From Paramecium tetraurelia (Eukaryota): a stretch of DNA of 64,000 nt. Position numbers and translations under genes: made by a program. The DNA lies in contig CT868640.1 in NCBI GenBank assembly GCA_000165425.1, positions 5,142-69,141 on the forward strand, read 5' to 3'. Under the pieces are notes generated by a model. That model was not told the DNA's origin. It worked only from the letters and a program-made list of their open reading frames with translations, and did not search any database. Below, one piece after another: positions 41,253-55,917 of this stretch (the stretch's first letter is position 1; each line of letters opens with the position of its first letter).

Positions 41253-41994
41253 TCATTCCACTTATGCATTTTATTATTTATTCTTTAACTTTTTCACTTA
41301 TTTTCCATCTTATTATTGCTTTTTCTATTTACTTTATATTTCCTCTTCAACTTCTATTTTTTCTTCTTTTTATTGTTTAAACTTCTTTTTATTTATTTTT
41401 TTTCCTCCTTTTAGAATTCCATTTTTTTATTTCTATGGCTATTCTTACTGCTCTGCTTCGTTAACAAGGTTATTCAACTCTTCTAATTCATTTTAGCCTT
41501 CATCTTCTTAATTTTCTTATTAATTTTCTTGCTCTTCTTTGGCTTATTCTTCTAAGTACTCTAAGAATTTATAGATATAATTGCATTACTGGATAAATAA
41601 TATTTATATCTCTTTCCATTTACATGTTTGAGTACAACAGATTTTTTTTTACTTATATTTTATCGGGTCAAATTACAAAATAATTTATTTCTAAATTTAC
41701 GAATAAAATTTACTTATCAGTTTTATGCTAGACAATGTAGGGTTCAAATTAGGTAAAGTCGATATCATTTTCTACTGCATTTTTATAGCTTTTTCCATTT
41801 AGATAATTGTTAAATTCTTATAAAGTTGGTAAAATTTCGTGATGTGTTAAGAGGCATTTAATTTTTCCACTTGATAAAAATTCAAAATGCTTATTATTTT
41901 ACACAAGCTTTTATAATTCTTTATTTTTATTTGAATTAGAATCATTTACTTTGATATTTTAAACTTGTTTTCCAGATTCTTTATTTTTATTCAT
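41253..41994 (-). CDS. SURF2: Surfeit locus protein 2 homolog
   Basis: GKIKCLLTHHEILP...YLNGKSYK...FEPYIV...KLFCNLTRQNISKKKSVVLKHVNGKRYK, followed by an acidic/Lys-rich tail. One intron. Confidence 0.82.
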
Positions 41995-42112
41995 AAATTA
42001 AAATAATTATAATATTTGCCGACAATCTCCATACAAGGTAATTATATTATATTACAAAAATTCTTTGAATAATAATTGATATTTAGTTTAATTCTGGTTA
42101 ATTAAATTATTG

Positions 42113-43486
42113 ATGATTAATAAGGCTTCATCTTTAACCAGAATGACATTTCGAATGTTCAGAATGACGACCAAAAATTAAACCAGATATACATATGGGA
42201 AATTAGACCACTTTTTCGCTCACTATGAGATGAGTGAATTTGAATCTCCCAAAATTACCATTAACAAATTTTAATATTTAATTGATGACATTTTTTATTC
42301 CAACAGTCTTCAATTTAATACATCCTTGGCTTCTTATTTGAATGCAAATGAAATAGAAATAAGTTAATTGTTGATACTTTTAGAGAAAATATACTAAAAT
42401 AATGTATATTTGTCAAGAACGAATAAACAATGTTTAACTTAAACAATACTAAGCAAGTTCGATTCCTTTAATGAGGATATAATCTCTGTTATTAATTAAG
42501 CCTGTTTATTGGAGTTTATTAATGAATAGCTAATGGAACTATTTAATTTAAGTTTAATTGCTGTTTATTTTTGGTTAAGCACTTTTAAAATATAATAATC
42601 TTACAAAAAACGAAGCTTTCATCAAAAAGTTGTAAGAACTTGTCAAAAATGCAATTGTAAAATATCAACCAGGCCATAAAATATCTGGTTGTATGTTTTC
42701 CTAAATATCGTTCTTATTTAAAGGACTTTTTTATATTGAATTAGAATAAGAAGCAACATATTTAGGTTAAATTATTGAATTATATAAATCCTTCTATAAG
42801 CTATTGATAACTAACTTTGCAGAAAATTAAGATTTTCAAAATATGACCCCGAAAGAGTTCACAATATTGCTTACTGCGTTATTAAAACTAAAAGATTAAT
42901 TTCAAAGTTAGAAATAAGTATTATAACATAATCCTTACTAAATCAAATTAAAAAAACAGGCGTTTCTGCGTTTAGTGAATTAGCTTTGTAATCCTTTGTA
43001 TTTAATTTAACCCAGCTTGGAGATTATCAGAAATTGATGGCAGAAGATATCATATCAGTGTTACAATATAATGTTCAATTATAATAATAATAATAGTTTT
43101 CTCAAAGGATAATGATTGTAATACTATTTGAAATGCACTTTAAATGGAGTTATGATGTATCAAAAAATCACTTATTGAATTTAATCTCAAATGTGAACAT
43201 AAGAGAAATTCCAGATTCGAACTTGGCAGTTACTTCTAGTTGTTAACCTTATTGCCCTGGGATTAATTATAACACATAATCAATAATATAGAATCGGTAT
43301 TTTATATTCTTAATTGATAGGAAATGACAATCAGAGAATAGTATTAGAAGGATAATTAGTAGTTTTATAAGAAGGAACCTCTCTTCTGATAGAATGAGAA
43401 GATCTTATGTCAGGTTGATAAGTTCATTGTCAACTCAAGGAAAGAATCTTGGATAAGTAGAAAAAACAATTAAGAAAATTTTTTGA
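42113..43486 (+). CDS. Hypothetical helical protein, possible mitochondrial presequence (457 aa)
   Basis: MINKASSLTRMTFRMFRMTTK is an Arg-rich, acid-free N-terminus. The ORF length is a multiple of 3 to the TGA at 43484-43486. Confidence 0.7.
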
Positions 43487-43527
43487 GTAAAACAACTTTG
43501 TATATTAATATTAATTATATATATTTT

Positions 43528-44268
43528 ATGCAGAATTCACTAATGTATTCAAACAATGCATTATGTAAAACAGAGCCCGAAGAAAGTCTTGGAAGTAAAG
43601 CATTGGACATTTTAAAAGAGAAGATAAAAATATTTGAATTAGAAAAGATTCCTTATTTAAGCAATTCGCAAAAAAAAAGATTAGCAGATAAATAAAGATG
43701 CAGATCTCAAAAATATTAAATTCATCCAAAAATGATTTAACCATAATAACTTTCTTAAAATAGGATATCTAATAAGGAATAATAAATAAGCTCTTAAAAT
43801 AGATTTTCATTGCAAATATTAGAATCGGTTAAGAGTAGATTGAGTATTTAGGAGGCCAAATTAATGGATATACCTCTAGTTAAAGTTTCAAGAGAACGAG
43901 TACTTACAAGTAAAAAGGAATCCGAAAATAACATATCTCTAATATTAATGGAAAAGTATTACTAAGCTACAATCAAATATGAAGAAAAACAATAAAAATA
44001 AGCCACTAAAAGGAGCCAGCCTAAACATACATCAAAATTGATGATAAATAATTAGGCAGTAAAAAACTTTTAAAGAAAAATTAAAAATAGCAGAAGAGAA
44101 TTATTAAAAGAACTAAATACTTCTCTCAATGATCATTAATCAAATATCTAATAATAATAGTTGAAATCTATTTCGGCTGATGGTTAAAATTTGCAAGAAA
44201 AAAATAATATAAGATTCAGGCCAGTCAGGACCATTTATCTGAAAAGAAATTATTCAACTTCTTCATGA
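43528..44268 (+). CDS. Hypothetical protein (246 aa)
   Basis: MQNSLMYSNNALCKTEPEESLGSKALDILKEKI...RFRPVRTIYLKRNYSTSS-TGA. Confidence 0.7.
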
Positions 44269-44576
44269 GTTTTATATACTTAATTTTAATATGATTTAAT
44301 TTGAATTTTATTTTGATATTGTAGATGTTATTCTGTGAAATAAATTTAACAGAATACCTAATTTTCCTATATTAACAAATATGCATCCCCCCTCATATAT
44401 TCATCATCATATACAATTTATTACTAATGAAAATAATATCATAATCTATGATTATTAATGTTATCCACTATATTAATAATCTCCAATATATCAAAATTCA
44501 AAATTAGTTGATTTTTCAGTATTATTAAATTTACTATATCAAATCATTTTAGGTTTATTAATATATAAGATAGGCC

Positions 44577-44725
44577 NNNNNNNNNNNNNNNNNNNNNNNN
44601 NNNNNNNNNNNNNNNNNNNNNNNNNNNNNNNNNNNNNNNNNNNNNNNNNNNNNNNNNNNNNNNNNNNNNNNNNNNNNNNNNNNNNNNNNNNNNNNNNNNN
44701 NNNNNNNNNNNNNNNNNNNNNNNNN
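44577..44725. other. Assembly gap
   Basis: Run of Ns. Confidence 0.98.
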
Positions 44726-45375
44726 TTTAAAAATGGTTTTAAATTGGATTTTTAATTCATTCAATGTGAAATTATTATAAAATTATTTAATTTTTCTTTT
44801 CAAAATGTATAAAACGTTAAAATTTTAATGGTGGAATTTTATATAAATTGGTCTTTACTCAAAATAACATTTATTTAGTCTCTATATTTTATTAATTTTT
44901 ATATACTTTACTCAAAAGCAAGAAAAACTAAATTAACTTTTTTAACATTTATTTAATTATGAATAACTTTTAGAAATTTAAAATACATATAACTAACATA
45001 ATCGAAATGAACATATGATATCGAAGCTAAGAATTTGAATTAATTCAAGGATTCTTTAGTAGATAGAATGAACGTAATGATTCTGATAAAAATAGTTTTT
45101 TATGATACAAAATTAATTCAAAGGAACAGCAACATAATCAAAAAAATCGCTTTTAGTTTTTATTTAAATTGAGTTTACTCATTTTAATGTGTTTTTTTAT
45201 TGTTTTATATTGTATTTTTTGATCGAGTGACTGAAACTCATATTTGCATCAACCTTTATCTACATATGCATATGAATATTAGGATTTATATAACACATCT
45301 TTGTAGTATAATTTATAAAGAGCTAATAGCGATGACATTTTAAATTTATAATCATTAAAATATGATTGGATATTC

Positions 45376-46933
45376 TCAAATATGTAATTAATCTAAATTA
45401 TTTTCAGTTTAGACAAGTCTCAATTAACTCTTGGCTTAAGTGAAATGGTTATATTATGAAGGTAACATTATATATTATTTGTTGTTCAATTAATCAATTA
45501 GATTGCTTATTTAATGCTCTTCATCTAGAACTTCATTTAAACTTTCTGAGGTCTTTCTAAGAGGACTTAATTCCGGTTATTATTAGACGTAAGGGCTGAA
45601 TTCGTATTTTTGTAGGGGTAATTTAAAATTTATTGCTGTGCTCTAAAGGGATTTTCTTTTGATGTCATAATCGCTTTGTTCGACCATTTCTATAATAGTT
45701 TTTAAACTTGGCAGATCTCTGTTAAAATTTTATTTTTGAGTTTTGATTTTATCTTTAGTATTAATAAACCATGCATGTTTTAATGCATCTTGGACCTAGA
45801 TTCTTTTACTTGGATCGCTTTCAGTCATTTACATAATCAAATCTAATTAACACGCACTAAACAGATATGGAAAATCTGAATCTTGACATTTTTAAAACTT
45901 GATCTATTATTAAGATGTCAAGATTTCTTTATTATTTAGTACTCTTTCAATAAAGGAGTTATTTAGTTTTTACGATATACTATAAAAGCTAACTAACATT
46001 AATATGATTCCTAATTAGTAAACGTCGCTACAAACTGAAGGAGTTTAATTCTCATTAATTTCAGGAGCAAGAAGATAGTCAGGAACAATGTTAAGATAAT
46101 AATCGATCTACTTTTATTTATATAACTAATTTAAACAATAAAGTTTACTTTATAAATTGGATTGATTACATAGACTCCCAGCTATCCTGATTAATTAACA
46201 ATAATGATATTGTCTAGATTCAAATTTCCATGAAAAAGATCTTCATCTTATAAGCTTCTTAAGTTCTAAAGAACAGAAAAAATTATAAATGCTAAATCCG
46301 CCTGGGTAACAATGGTTTTTTGATTAGATAATAATTATTCAAAAGAACTACCAATAAATTAATCAGTCAAGAGATAAAGAATATCATTATCGTCGAAAAT
46401 ACTAATGATAGGAAATACGTTTTAGATATTAGTATTTCTCAAAATTTTAATATAATTATTAACAATTTCTTACTAATCATAGGATTTGAAAGTTTTACGA
46501 TTGATAATTTAGGCTGCAAACTTTTTCTTCTTCTTCTTATGAGATATTGAGTAAAAATTTAAGCATATATTATCTTAGATTCTATATTTTTTAAGAAAAT
46601 CGATTTGTTTTGCTGATAATTTCAAATTCTTAAACCATTCTTTTTATGACATTGGATGCTAGAATATTAAGATAAGTCTTCCTCCATGATTTTATACTAT
46701 AATCAAAAATAGTTAGTTATGATGACAATGGAATTTCTTTTTCTAGATTACACAGTCACTCAAAACAACACAATTAGTTTCTTAAAATATTAATAACCCA
46801 TTAGCAATTGAAATGAATTTTAATTGCATTTAGTTATTGCACAAAATATGGCAAACTCCTTACATTTCAATATTTTCTATTTCTAAATGCAATTCGATAA
46901 AGGACATTTATTAAATTGTAGATTATAGTTCAT
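45376..46933 (-). CDS. PH-like + kinase-fold protein lacking catalytic motifs (pseudokinase)
   Basis: Fold landmarks are retained (LAPEI, SDVYQLGIIL, DPSKRIQVQDALKHAWF). VAIK is FAAQ, HRD is HGN and DFG is NPI. Confidence 0.75.
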
Positions 46934-47992
46934 TTATGTTAGGTTATTTAAGTGCCCAGTCTAAGCAAGCAGTTGATTCTTTTGTTTTCAGCTTATTGAG
47001 TCTTTCACGATCAACTTGAAATACTTTCTTCTATTTCATAAAATCAGTATTAATAATCTGATAAACTCAAAAGATTAATTTATAATTATCATAAAAAAAA
47101 AAACTCCAAATCAAATTTATCATTTCAGATTTTTCAACAGATTAATTATTAGATTATATGTTTCACATAATTTCTTTGCTCATTTGATAAAATTCATAAC
47201 AATAATATTAAGTTTACTTAATATATGCTTTATCCTTTTGATTAATTGAATCTAAACAATAATAATAATGAAAATGATTTCGATTATTTAGAAACCAAAT
47301 ATTCATTTAAATAATTATCCTTCCTATTTGAATTATTTGTCTAGAAATTTGAATTATTTAATCTAAAAAGTGTCATCTTTTGATTAATGAGAACGATTCT
47401 GAAATCGAATTACTTATAAAATCATCATCTTTATTTACATTCTTATCTTCAATTATCTGACAAGGTTTAGTAGATTGATAAATCTTAGTTAAATTTAATA
47501 TTAACTCAAATACGAAAAATAATGGAAATTTAGTTTTATAACAAATCCCTCTGCCAAAACAAAAGTGATGAAAATAGATTATGATCAGAAAATAAGATGA
47601 TAGATAAAGCAATTTACATTCTAATTCTCACAATAAATTAACACCAATATTGAACTTAATTAAAGACAAGAATATACATTAACCATCGAGCTCATTAAAA
47701 TACAATAAGGTTATGAACAATATATTAAATTCAAATTTAGGAAATTGATAAAATTAATGATAAACTCTTCTTATAAGAAACAATTGAGATAGCATTAAAA
47801 TCAATTTATTTTGCTGCTATTCCATCACCCTAGTAAGAAAAACTTAGCCAATAAACTAAAAACACATTAGAAGTAGGTTTTCCATATGTAAAAGAAAAAC
47901 CTCGATTAAAGTTTTCACTTGTCTAAGAGAGATTGACCCTTATTCCTCTTCATTTTATTAATATAATATAATAATTATTTATTCGCGGTTTA

Positions 47993-49418
47993 ATGGCTTC
48001 ATTAAAATACACAATTAATTAGACCACTACTTAAGATAGAGAAACTCTTGCAAATGGAATTGCTCATATTTAATTTCCTACTAATGAGCATGTTTGGATA
48101 GTCCAGAATCCATAAAAATATGAAACAATTGTAATAAAATTTGATATCCCTTGTAAGATCAAGGATTTCATCATAAGTATAAAATTGTCATTGAGTTTAG
48201 ACACAAAATCATGTTCTTAGGTAAAAATCTCTTTATACAATATTACAGATGATAGTGTAAAAATTTAATTGAAACAATTGGAAACAGTCAATTTTATAAC
48301 ATAGAACTAATAGAAAAAAATACAAAACCCTGACTTTGAAGATAATACTTATTAATTCGCAGAAATAACGTTTTATAGTTAGAATAATGAATTATCAATA
48401 AAGTCTTTACAAGTTCTTGGATAATCAGGGTAGAATCAAACTCTATCATAATATGCATTATAATCAGAGACCAATCACATGAAATAATAATTCAGGCCAT
48501 CATAATTTCCATTGATTAAATCATCAGAGAAAGAATCCTTAATAATAGTATCTGATTTAAAAATAAATCCTACAAATTAGATTAGTTAAAGAAGCGCATA
48601 AATGGTGCAAAAATCTTAATAGTTTTCTTTATTCAATAAAACTTAGTAATAAAAAAAACAATAAAACCATGATAAATAAAGTGAAGATTTCCAATTATAA
48701 AGAGCATTTGAGGAGAGTATCAAGACCCATAAAAAAGAATTGTAAAAATAAGAATAATAAGAACTTGAGATTGAGAAATAAATTGACGACATGTATTGTG
48801 AGGAAGAGAAAGATAATAATAATAAAAGACATAATTTATAAAGTTCATATGACTCTATAAATAAACAATTAGATGAAGCTTTGCTTAAATAATAGAGATT
48901 TTCATAACCTAAATCGATAGTTAAGTAATAATTATTTTCATCAATCAACGAAGAGAATAATGATGTGATTAAAGTATAAATTATGAATGAGAATTAAATG
49001 AGTGAACAAGAGTACGAGGAAATGATATAATATCATTCAAACATGGTTAACAAAGATTTTGTGCAATATCATAAAGCCTTAGAAGAATCCTTTTTTAAGG
49101 GCACAAGTCTTTTCGAATACATGAATTAATAATTTAAACCTTTATAATATTAGCATGTCTATATTGTTAAAGATGCATTGACAGATTTTGAATATAAAAG
49201 GTTAGAATTAAAAGTGATTAATTTTGGAGGGACAGTTGTTAAATAGGTAACTAATAAGACAACCATCATAATTTCTGATAAGCCTATTCAAGTAGATAAC
49301 AAGTATACTATTTTTAATAATAGATAGAAAGTTTAACATATGTGTTTTGAGTACGAAGCTCTTGGAATCTTGTAGTATCGATAAATGGCCTCAATTTGAG
49401 AAGTATGAAGTGAAATGA
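47993..49418 (+). CDS. BRCT-domain protein with XRCC1-N-like beta-sandwich N-terminus
   Basis: N-terminus MASLKYTINQTTTQDRETLANGI...VWIVQNPQKYETIVIKFDIPCKIKDFII. C-terminal PLQYQHVYIV...KRLELKVINFGGTVVKQVTNKTTIIIS is BRCT-like. The middle is Q/E-rich. Confidence 0.6.
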
Positions 49419-49487
49419 AAAATTTAATTTATGTGCTATTATTTTTACGAAAAATAGAATTTTCAATATTAATTTTAATTAATATAT

Positions 49488-50088
49488 TCATTATAATTTA
49501 AGTTCGTCTAGCTCTTATTTATTGTAAGTAGAATTATAAAATTTACTTATATATTTCATATGGTTCTTAACATCTTGAATTTTTTCACTTATCATGAGGT
49601 CGTGTATAATTTAAAATCCAGAAAAATATTGTCTAGATAATTCTGCTGCAACGGGATCATTAAACAACCTAGTAAAGTCTTGTCTTGAGAAGTTTTTCTT
49701 GTGTTCTCCATTCTTTAAGAAAGCTTTGATAGCCTAATTATCTGTATTTTTACTACCTAATAATGTTGGTGTTATGAATACATAAATATTTCTTTAGGAG
49801 GACTCCAAAATTTTTGGGAATGTTTTTAGTCTCAGATTTCTAAGGTTGTGGTTGATCTTTATCTTTAGTTTTGCTGATCTTTCCTTTCTTAATAATTTTT
49901 TACGATTCTGAATCCTCCTACGATTCTTCTGTTGAAATAGAAGCTCTATGCCATACTTCTATTCTAGATTCTGGCATTTATTATGTTTGTGCTTCATCTT
50001 TAACATATTTATGAAAGGAAGAGTTGGGATTAGAAAAATTGATTGTTGAGAATTTGAATGGTTGATTATCTAATTACTATTAAATCAT
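49488..50088 (-). CDS. Ciliate-specific hypothetical protein (TKNIPKNFG-motif family)
   Basis: SETKNIPKNFGVLLKKYL...KNFSRQDFTRLFNDPVAAELSRQYF...SEKIQDVKNHMKYISKFY. Confidence 0.7.
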
Positions 50089-50636
50089 TTGAATTTGTAT
50101 AAATAATTATTTATGTTATTAAATATATTCTATGAAGAGTAGGAATTATATGTTAATGATAAATGTAATAATTTTTCATAATTTTAATTAATAAATATAA
50201 TATATCTAGAAGAACTAATATTATTCTTAGTAATCAATGCAGATGAACCCAAGTGTAGAATTTAATTGATATTTTATAACTCTATTTAAGGAAAAGGATA
50301 AAATTAAGGAAAAATGATTAAACTGATTACTCAATAAAAAAAGTAATAATTCTCTTTTAAAACATCTATTACGATTATTTATCTAGGAAATTTTAATTAT
50401 AATACATCCTTATTAAATCTTTTCAGAACTAATTAATCATATTTAAATAAAAATCTTTAAGAATGATTTTTAACATAGTAAAAGATTTAATGGTAACTGA
50501 TTACATTAAATTCATTATAAAGCAACCAATTTTCTGTATAAGGTTAATTTGACAATATCTTTTTGAAAAGGTAATAAAGTAGGTAGAAACAAAATGAAAG
50601 AAGTCACAAAAATTTTTAATATAAAAAGGTTAAAAA

Positions 50637-51529
50637 TCATTAATTTAGAGATCTTTCACTTCTGACAGCTCCAAACTTTTCATTTAACAAATTTTTAATT
50701 TTAAAGTAATCATTATGTGTCCATGATTTAATTGTGTCTTGTTGATTCAACATTTTTAATGCCTAATTATATAGAATGAATTACTTATGTCCATGTAACA
50801 AATCTTCCTTTAACTCGTAATCGCTCTTCAGCTACCTTTTATCTAATATGATAGTGAACTTTCTTTTCATAAGTTCGACTATGTTTTTTTTAAAGGTATC
50901 TAGCTACTTTCTATTTTCTAGCCATTTCTTTTAAGGATTCATGATTAGTGGATGTGCAAAGTTATTCTACCCAATCTTCAAATTAAAGTGTCTCTTCATC
51001 ATTAAGAATCTCATCACATAATCCAATTTTAATTCTCATGATATCATCTGATTTTATATAATTAGATATAAATTCTTCTTATTTCTGGGATGGCTGGAAC
51101 CTCATTCTCAAATTAGAAAAGTGTTCTTCTACATTAGTTGGAATTGGAAGATTTTTTGGATACGAGAACTTTTTTTAATTTTCTCTTTCTAACATCACAG
51201 CTAGTATTTCTAGGTCCCCCATAGCATGATGATCTAGTGATTGCTCATTGGTTGAGCATTCTTCAATACAAACCTTCTTTTTTAGATCCTCGTCTAGATG
51301 AAACTCATCTAGAGTTTAAGGAATTGGTTTCCTAAATATAGAGATTTAATAAGGAGAATAGACAGGCACTTAGTCATCTTCTTAGAATTGATCAACTTAC
51401 TAAGATTATGAAAACTTATACTTGTTCTTCATCATCTCTGTAATGTGGTTCAACTAAGAGTTTTTGTTGGTTATCTATTTCTTAGATCTATTCCATGCAT
51501 CCTTATCTCACGTCTAGGTTAGTACTCAT
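50637..51529 (-). CDS. CCT-domain protein
   Basis: ARKQKVARYLQKKHSRTYEKKVHYHIRQKVAEERLRVKGRFV at ~50793-50925. Two tiny introns. Confidence 0.88.
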
Positions 51530-51787
51530 TTGAAGACAAGATTTTATATTTTAAAAAAAAATCCTTTGAATTACGTCTATAACACTTTTACGCTTAATAT
51601 CTCAAAGCTTCTACTCATTATTAACGAATATTATTATAAAAGAGATTTATTAAAGAATTTCGGATAATTTAATATTATCAGAATTAATATACTTTACTTT
51701 TATACTATCTATGAATTGGATATAAATTAATATTAATATAAAATGATTAACAATTCTATGATCACAATTATATAATTAGTAAGTATT

Positions 51788-53385
51788 TCATAAATTATAT
51801 ATTTATTGTTTTTCGTCTTCTTCAATTACAGAATCGAGTTTATCATTAATAAGATTTTCGATATGGGAAATATTATAGGATGATCCTTTACTACTAATAC
51901 TTTCTAATGAATTCATTTAACAAAAGGAAGGATAATATAATTAGAAATCTGCGTATTTTCTAGGACTTTTAGATCTTTTGAGTTATTCTATCCTAATCTT
52001 ATAAGATGTTGGATTGCATCTTTTAACTTAAGCAGCCTGGCATTCTTATCCAATAGAATGTGTTTCCTTTTAATCAACTAAATTTAATTAAATTAAATAC
52101 TAATTTAAGTTATTCCTGAGAATCCTGTTGCTTTATCCAATATTTCTTATAAAATGTTCATATTTTCTAATTTGCAATTAAAATATGGATGATCTAAACA
52201 TTACTATGCTGAATATCTAGTTTTTGGATTTGGATCTAACATAGCTTTCAATAAACTCAATGTTTCCTTTTATAATTTGAATTCGAATTCTTGAAAATTT
52301 ATTTAGCATTATTTATTCTTTTCCATTATTTCGAGAGTGTTTTCTGCTCTGAATAATGTCCTCCTTGTTAATCTTTGATATATATAAAATTAGTTACAAT
52401 TTATAGAAGATAACTCCTGCGCTAAAGATATCGCATTTTTAAGTAAAATATTCTTCATTATTAGAATGTTTGAGAATTTCTGGTGCTATATATCCAGGTG
52501 TTCCACACACGCTTAATTTTTAAAGAGGTTATTAATATGTGGCTAATCCAAAATCAATTATTTTAAGAGATGTTATCTCATTTGGCTTTTATAAAAGTAT
52601 ATTTTCAAGTTTGATGTCCCTATGAATAATTTTCTTTGAGTCCAAGTAATTCAAAGCTGTTATGATTATCTAATTAGTATAAGAAACTTGTTTACTTTAA
52701 TTGCTTCCCTTATCTGAAAAGAAGGCAACTGATCATCTGGATAAGTTTTAATGTAGTTGTAGAGGGTGTGACCTTCCAAATAATCAGTCACAATATAATA
52801 TGAGTTCTCTCCTTGATAGATCTCGTATAACTTAATAAAACTTGGATGATCTAATTTCTAAAGGATTTCAATTTCTTATCTTAATCTATTCTTAAAATTA
52901 AGAATAAAGAAATACAATTCTGTCATTTGATTTTTTCTATAACAAGTATTTCTTAGAAATGCATTTGGCTGCATAATGTGATATACTCTTTTTACATTTT
53001 ACTAAGCAAACCTTTGAAGATGCTCCTTGACCTAAAATTTAATTTGAATCATAGAATATTGAAATGTTCCCAAAAAAGACTCTTGCTGACAAGTGTATTT
53101 TAAGTAAGTTTAATGAATTATGATCAGAATCAAACCATTTTATCCGATTGTTATAATAAATTCCGAATGCACACAATTCTTCATTTTCAGAAACTTTCCA
53201 CATTACCCTTGTTTCCCATTTGTATGATACAACATACTTTGCATTTAACATATTTTTATGCTAAATATTTATATATTTTCTAATACTTCACTCAAAATCA
53301 TCTCATCATCATGCACTTCTAAAAAATATGTTTTGCTTTTTAATATATGCTTTCTTAAACAACTCATCTGATAGATCACTTACAT
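51788..53385 (-). CDS. PH-like + CAMK-type Ser/Thr protein kinase
   Basis: ILGQGASSKV, YAAK, IIHRDIKLENILL, IIDFGLA, CGTPGYIAPEILK and DIFSAGVIFY. Several tiny introns. Confidence 0.92.
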
Positions 53386-53552
53386 TTTATATTTTTATTA
53401 CTTTTTATTAATATAATAATAATGTGTAAAAATTTATTTGAATTCAAATCTAATCTATTGAATTTATCATATTATATTCATTAGTGGACGACTTATTTTG
53501 ATAGTATTAAATATTAGTTATTTATAAAACTATAATCAAATGATATATATGA

Positions 53553-55917
53553 ATGACTATTACATAAAGAATAGTAACACTCAGTGAGCTAATAACACTT
53601 AATTATATAAATTCATAGTAATCATACTAATTAATAACTGAATAAAATAAAAATATGTTTAACAACTACAAATTGAATTTAAAAGAAAATGAGCATTTTG
53701 ATCAATTCAAAGATAAACTTGAAGATAGTTTAAAAGAAGAATTCTTTCTCCTAATTGATGAAATTGAATCATAATTAAATCTACATGTTTATGAATAAGA
53801 AAAGTTGTTAGATTAGATAAATAATTTGTAATTACAAACACAAAATAAATTAGATTAAGAATTGGCCAAGTATACTTTATTCCATTTATAAATTAGCAAC
53901 TTTGAATATCAAAAATAGATTAGTTAGTTGAATGAATAATTGTAGCAACAAAATACTCAAATTTCATTTCTAAATAAATCAATGAAAAATGTCTATATTG
54001 AACAATTAGATTTGTTTTCACCAATCAAAGCACCTTCTCTCTCTCCTTAAATTACAAGAACTTAATGTAATATATTCTATTTTATTAATTAGCCATTAAT
54101 AAACAAGTTAAAAGAAAATTATTAATGACAGATAAAGAAAATGATAATCATGTTAATTGTTACAGTAGCATAAAAAAAATAAGATAGAATGAATATTTTC
54201 TTGACGAATAAGAATTTCTGGTTTATTTTAAGGAACAATGTATGAAAGAGTTTCTAGATAAATAGATTGAAAGAGAATAAGAATTATTTAGTTTATGGTA
54301 GAAAATGTAAAATTAAAGTTTAGAGAAATGTCAATTATTGCAATAAACTATTGATTTTGTTTGTTCTTAAATGGATGCCTATAAATAACAATATCATTCA
54401 GATATCAAAATCTATACTGACGCACTCTAACAATTGGAAATGAGAGTATCAAAATACTAGATTGCCTTTCAACATATTCTTTAAAATAATCTCACTTAAA
54501 TTGACCTTCATAATATTATTCAATTAGCTAAAACTTTAAATTCAGAATTTAATAATGTAAATGATTTGGATAAATTAATTGATCTCCTTATGGAATTTAA
54601 TTAGACAAGCCAGAAATTCAATATGAGCCTTCAAAACAATTAAAATATCAAAATTTAGAATTTGCAAAAAAAGATTCAAGAATTAGAATAATAGTAGAAA
54701 GAATACAGTGATATCAAAGAACAAAGATAAGAATTATTGGAATTGAGTCAATAGATGAATAACAAAATCATACAATAGTCGAATTAGATTGAAGAAATGA
54801 ATCAGTAGATAGCATCTCTAACCTAATTATTTGCTAAAGCCTTATAAGATTTAGAAAGAATTCAAGAAGAGAATGAAACACTAAGGAAATCTTATAATTG
54901 TAATACTAACTTTAGTAATACTATTACAACAAGAACGTAGGAAGGAAGTGTGAGTTTAAAGAATCACTTTATAGCTAATAGATATTCTACATATATTCCT
55001 AGAGAAAGTTTTAGTTGCAAAAATTCTTATAGAATTGATTAAAGATAAACCAATTTCAGTTCGGACTTTAAAAAATCACAACCTAATTATGAGCTTGATG
55101 ACATTTGCTGTTTACTGGATTAATTGCTAAATCAAGGTTATACAAGTAACACACTTGATTTCATTAACAACGTAATTATTAATTATAATTATAGTTTCAA
55201 TGTTAAAGCGGTAATTTCAAAATTCAGATGCTATGGCAAAAACTGAAAGATTTCATAGTAATAGCTTACTATTCTTAGAATTAATAAGATGACATTTTTA
55301 CATCATTAAACAAATTTATAACTGATCTCAAATTGCCAATTAACCAATTTGAATTTATCAATGAGGATGGGTTATAGCACACCGCAAACAAACTGGAATC
55401 TAATTCAATTCTATTATGTTAGTTGTTACATAGATTGGCATCTGATATTCATGATATGAAGTTGTCATAATCTTATATTGTTGAACCAAACATCAAGTAA
55501 GAATCTCAGAAGGATTATTCCTAATGCATCATGCAAGAATTAACTAATTTATCGAAACAATTAATACATATTTGTCAAGAAAACGATGACATTATTGTCT
55601 TACAAATTGAAAGGTAGATAGAAATATAAGAATAATTAAAATTATAAAGAAATAAATAATTAAGAGACATTTAAACTAGTACTTGTAAAATATTAATGGA
55701 ATTGTTTAAGGAATGGAAATAAAATTATCTTAATATTTCATAGATCTTGTTAATCTTATGCAAAGGTTGGCAATAATTATAATAATAAAAATAAGATCGA
55801 GTTTTAGATGGAATTATAAAAAATGTACATGATGAAATAAAATAATTATAACAATCCAATTTAGGATAAATTATTAGTTAAGAATTGAAAGCATTTTCAT
55901 TTATATATAAATCATGA
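53553..55917 (+). CDS. Hypothetical long coiled-coil protein
   Basis: Q/E/L-rich heptad frame with tiny introns near 53871, 54067 and 55172. TGA at 55915-55917. Start approximate. Confidence 0.65.
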
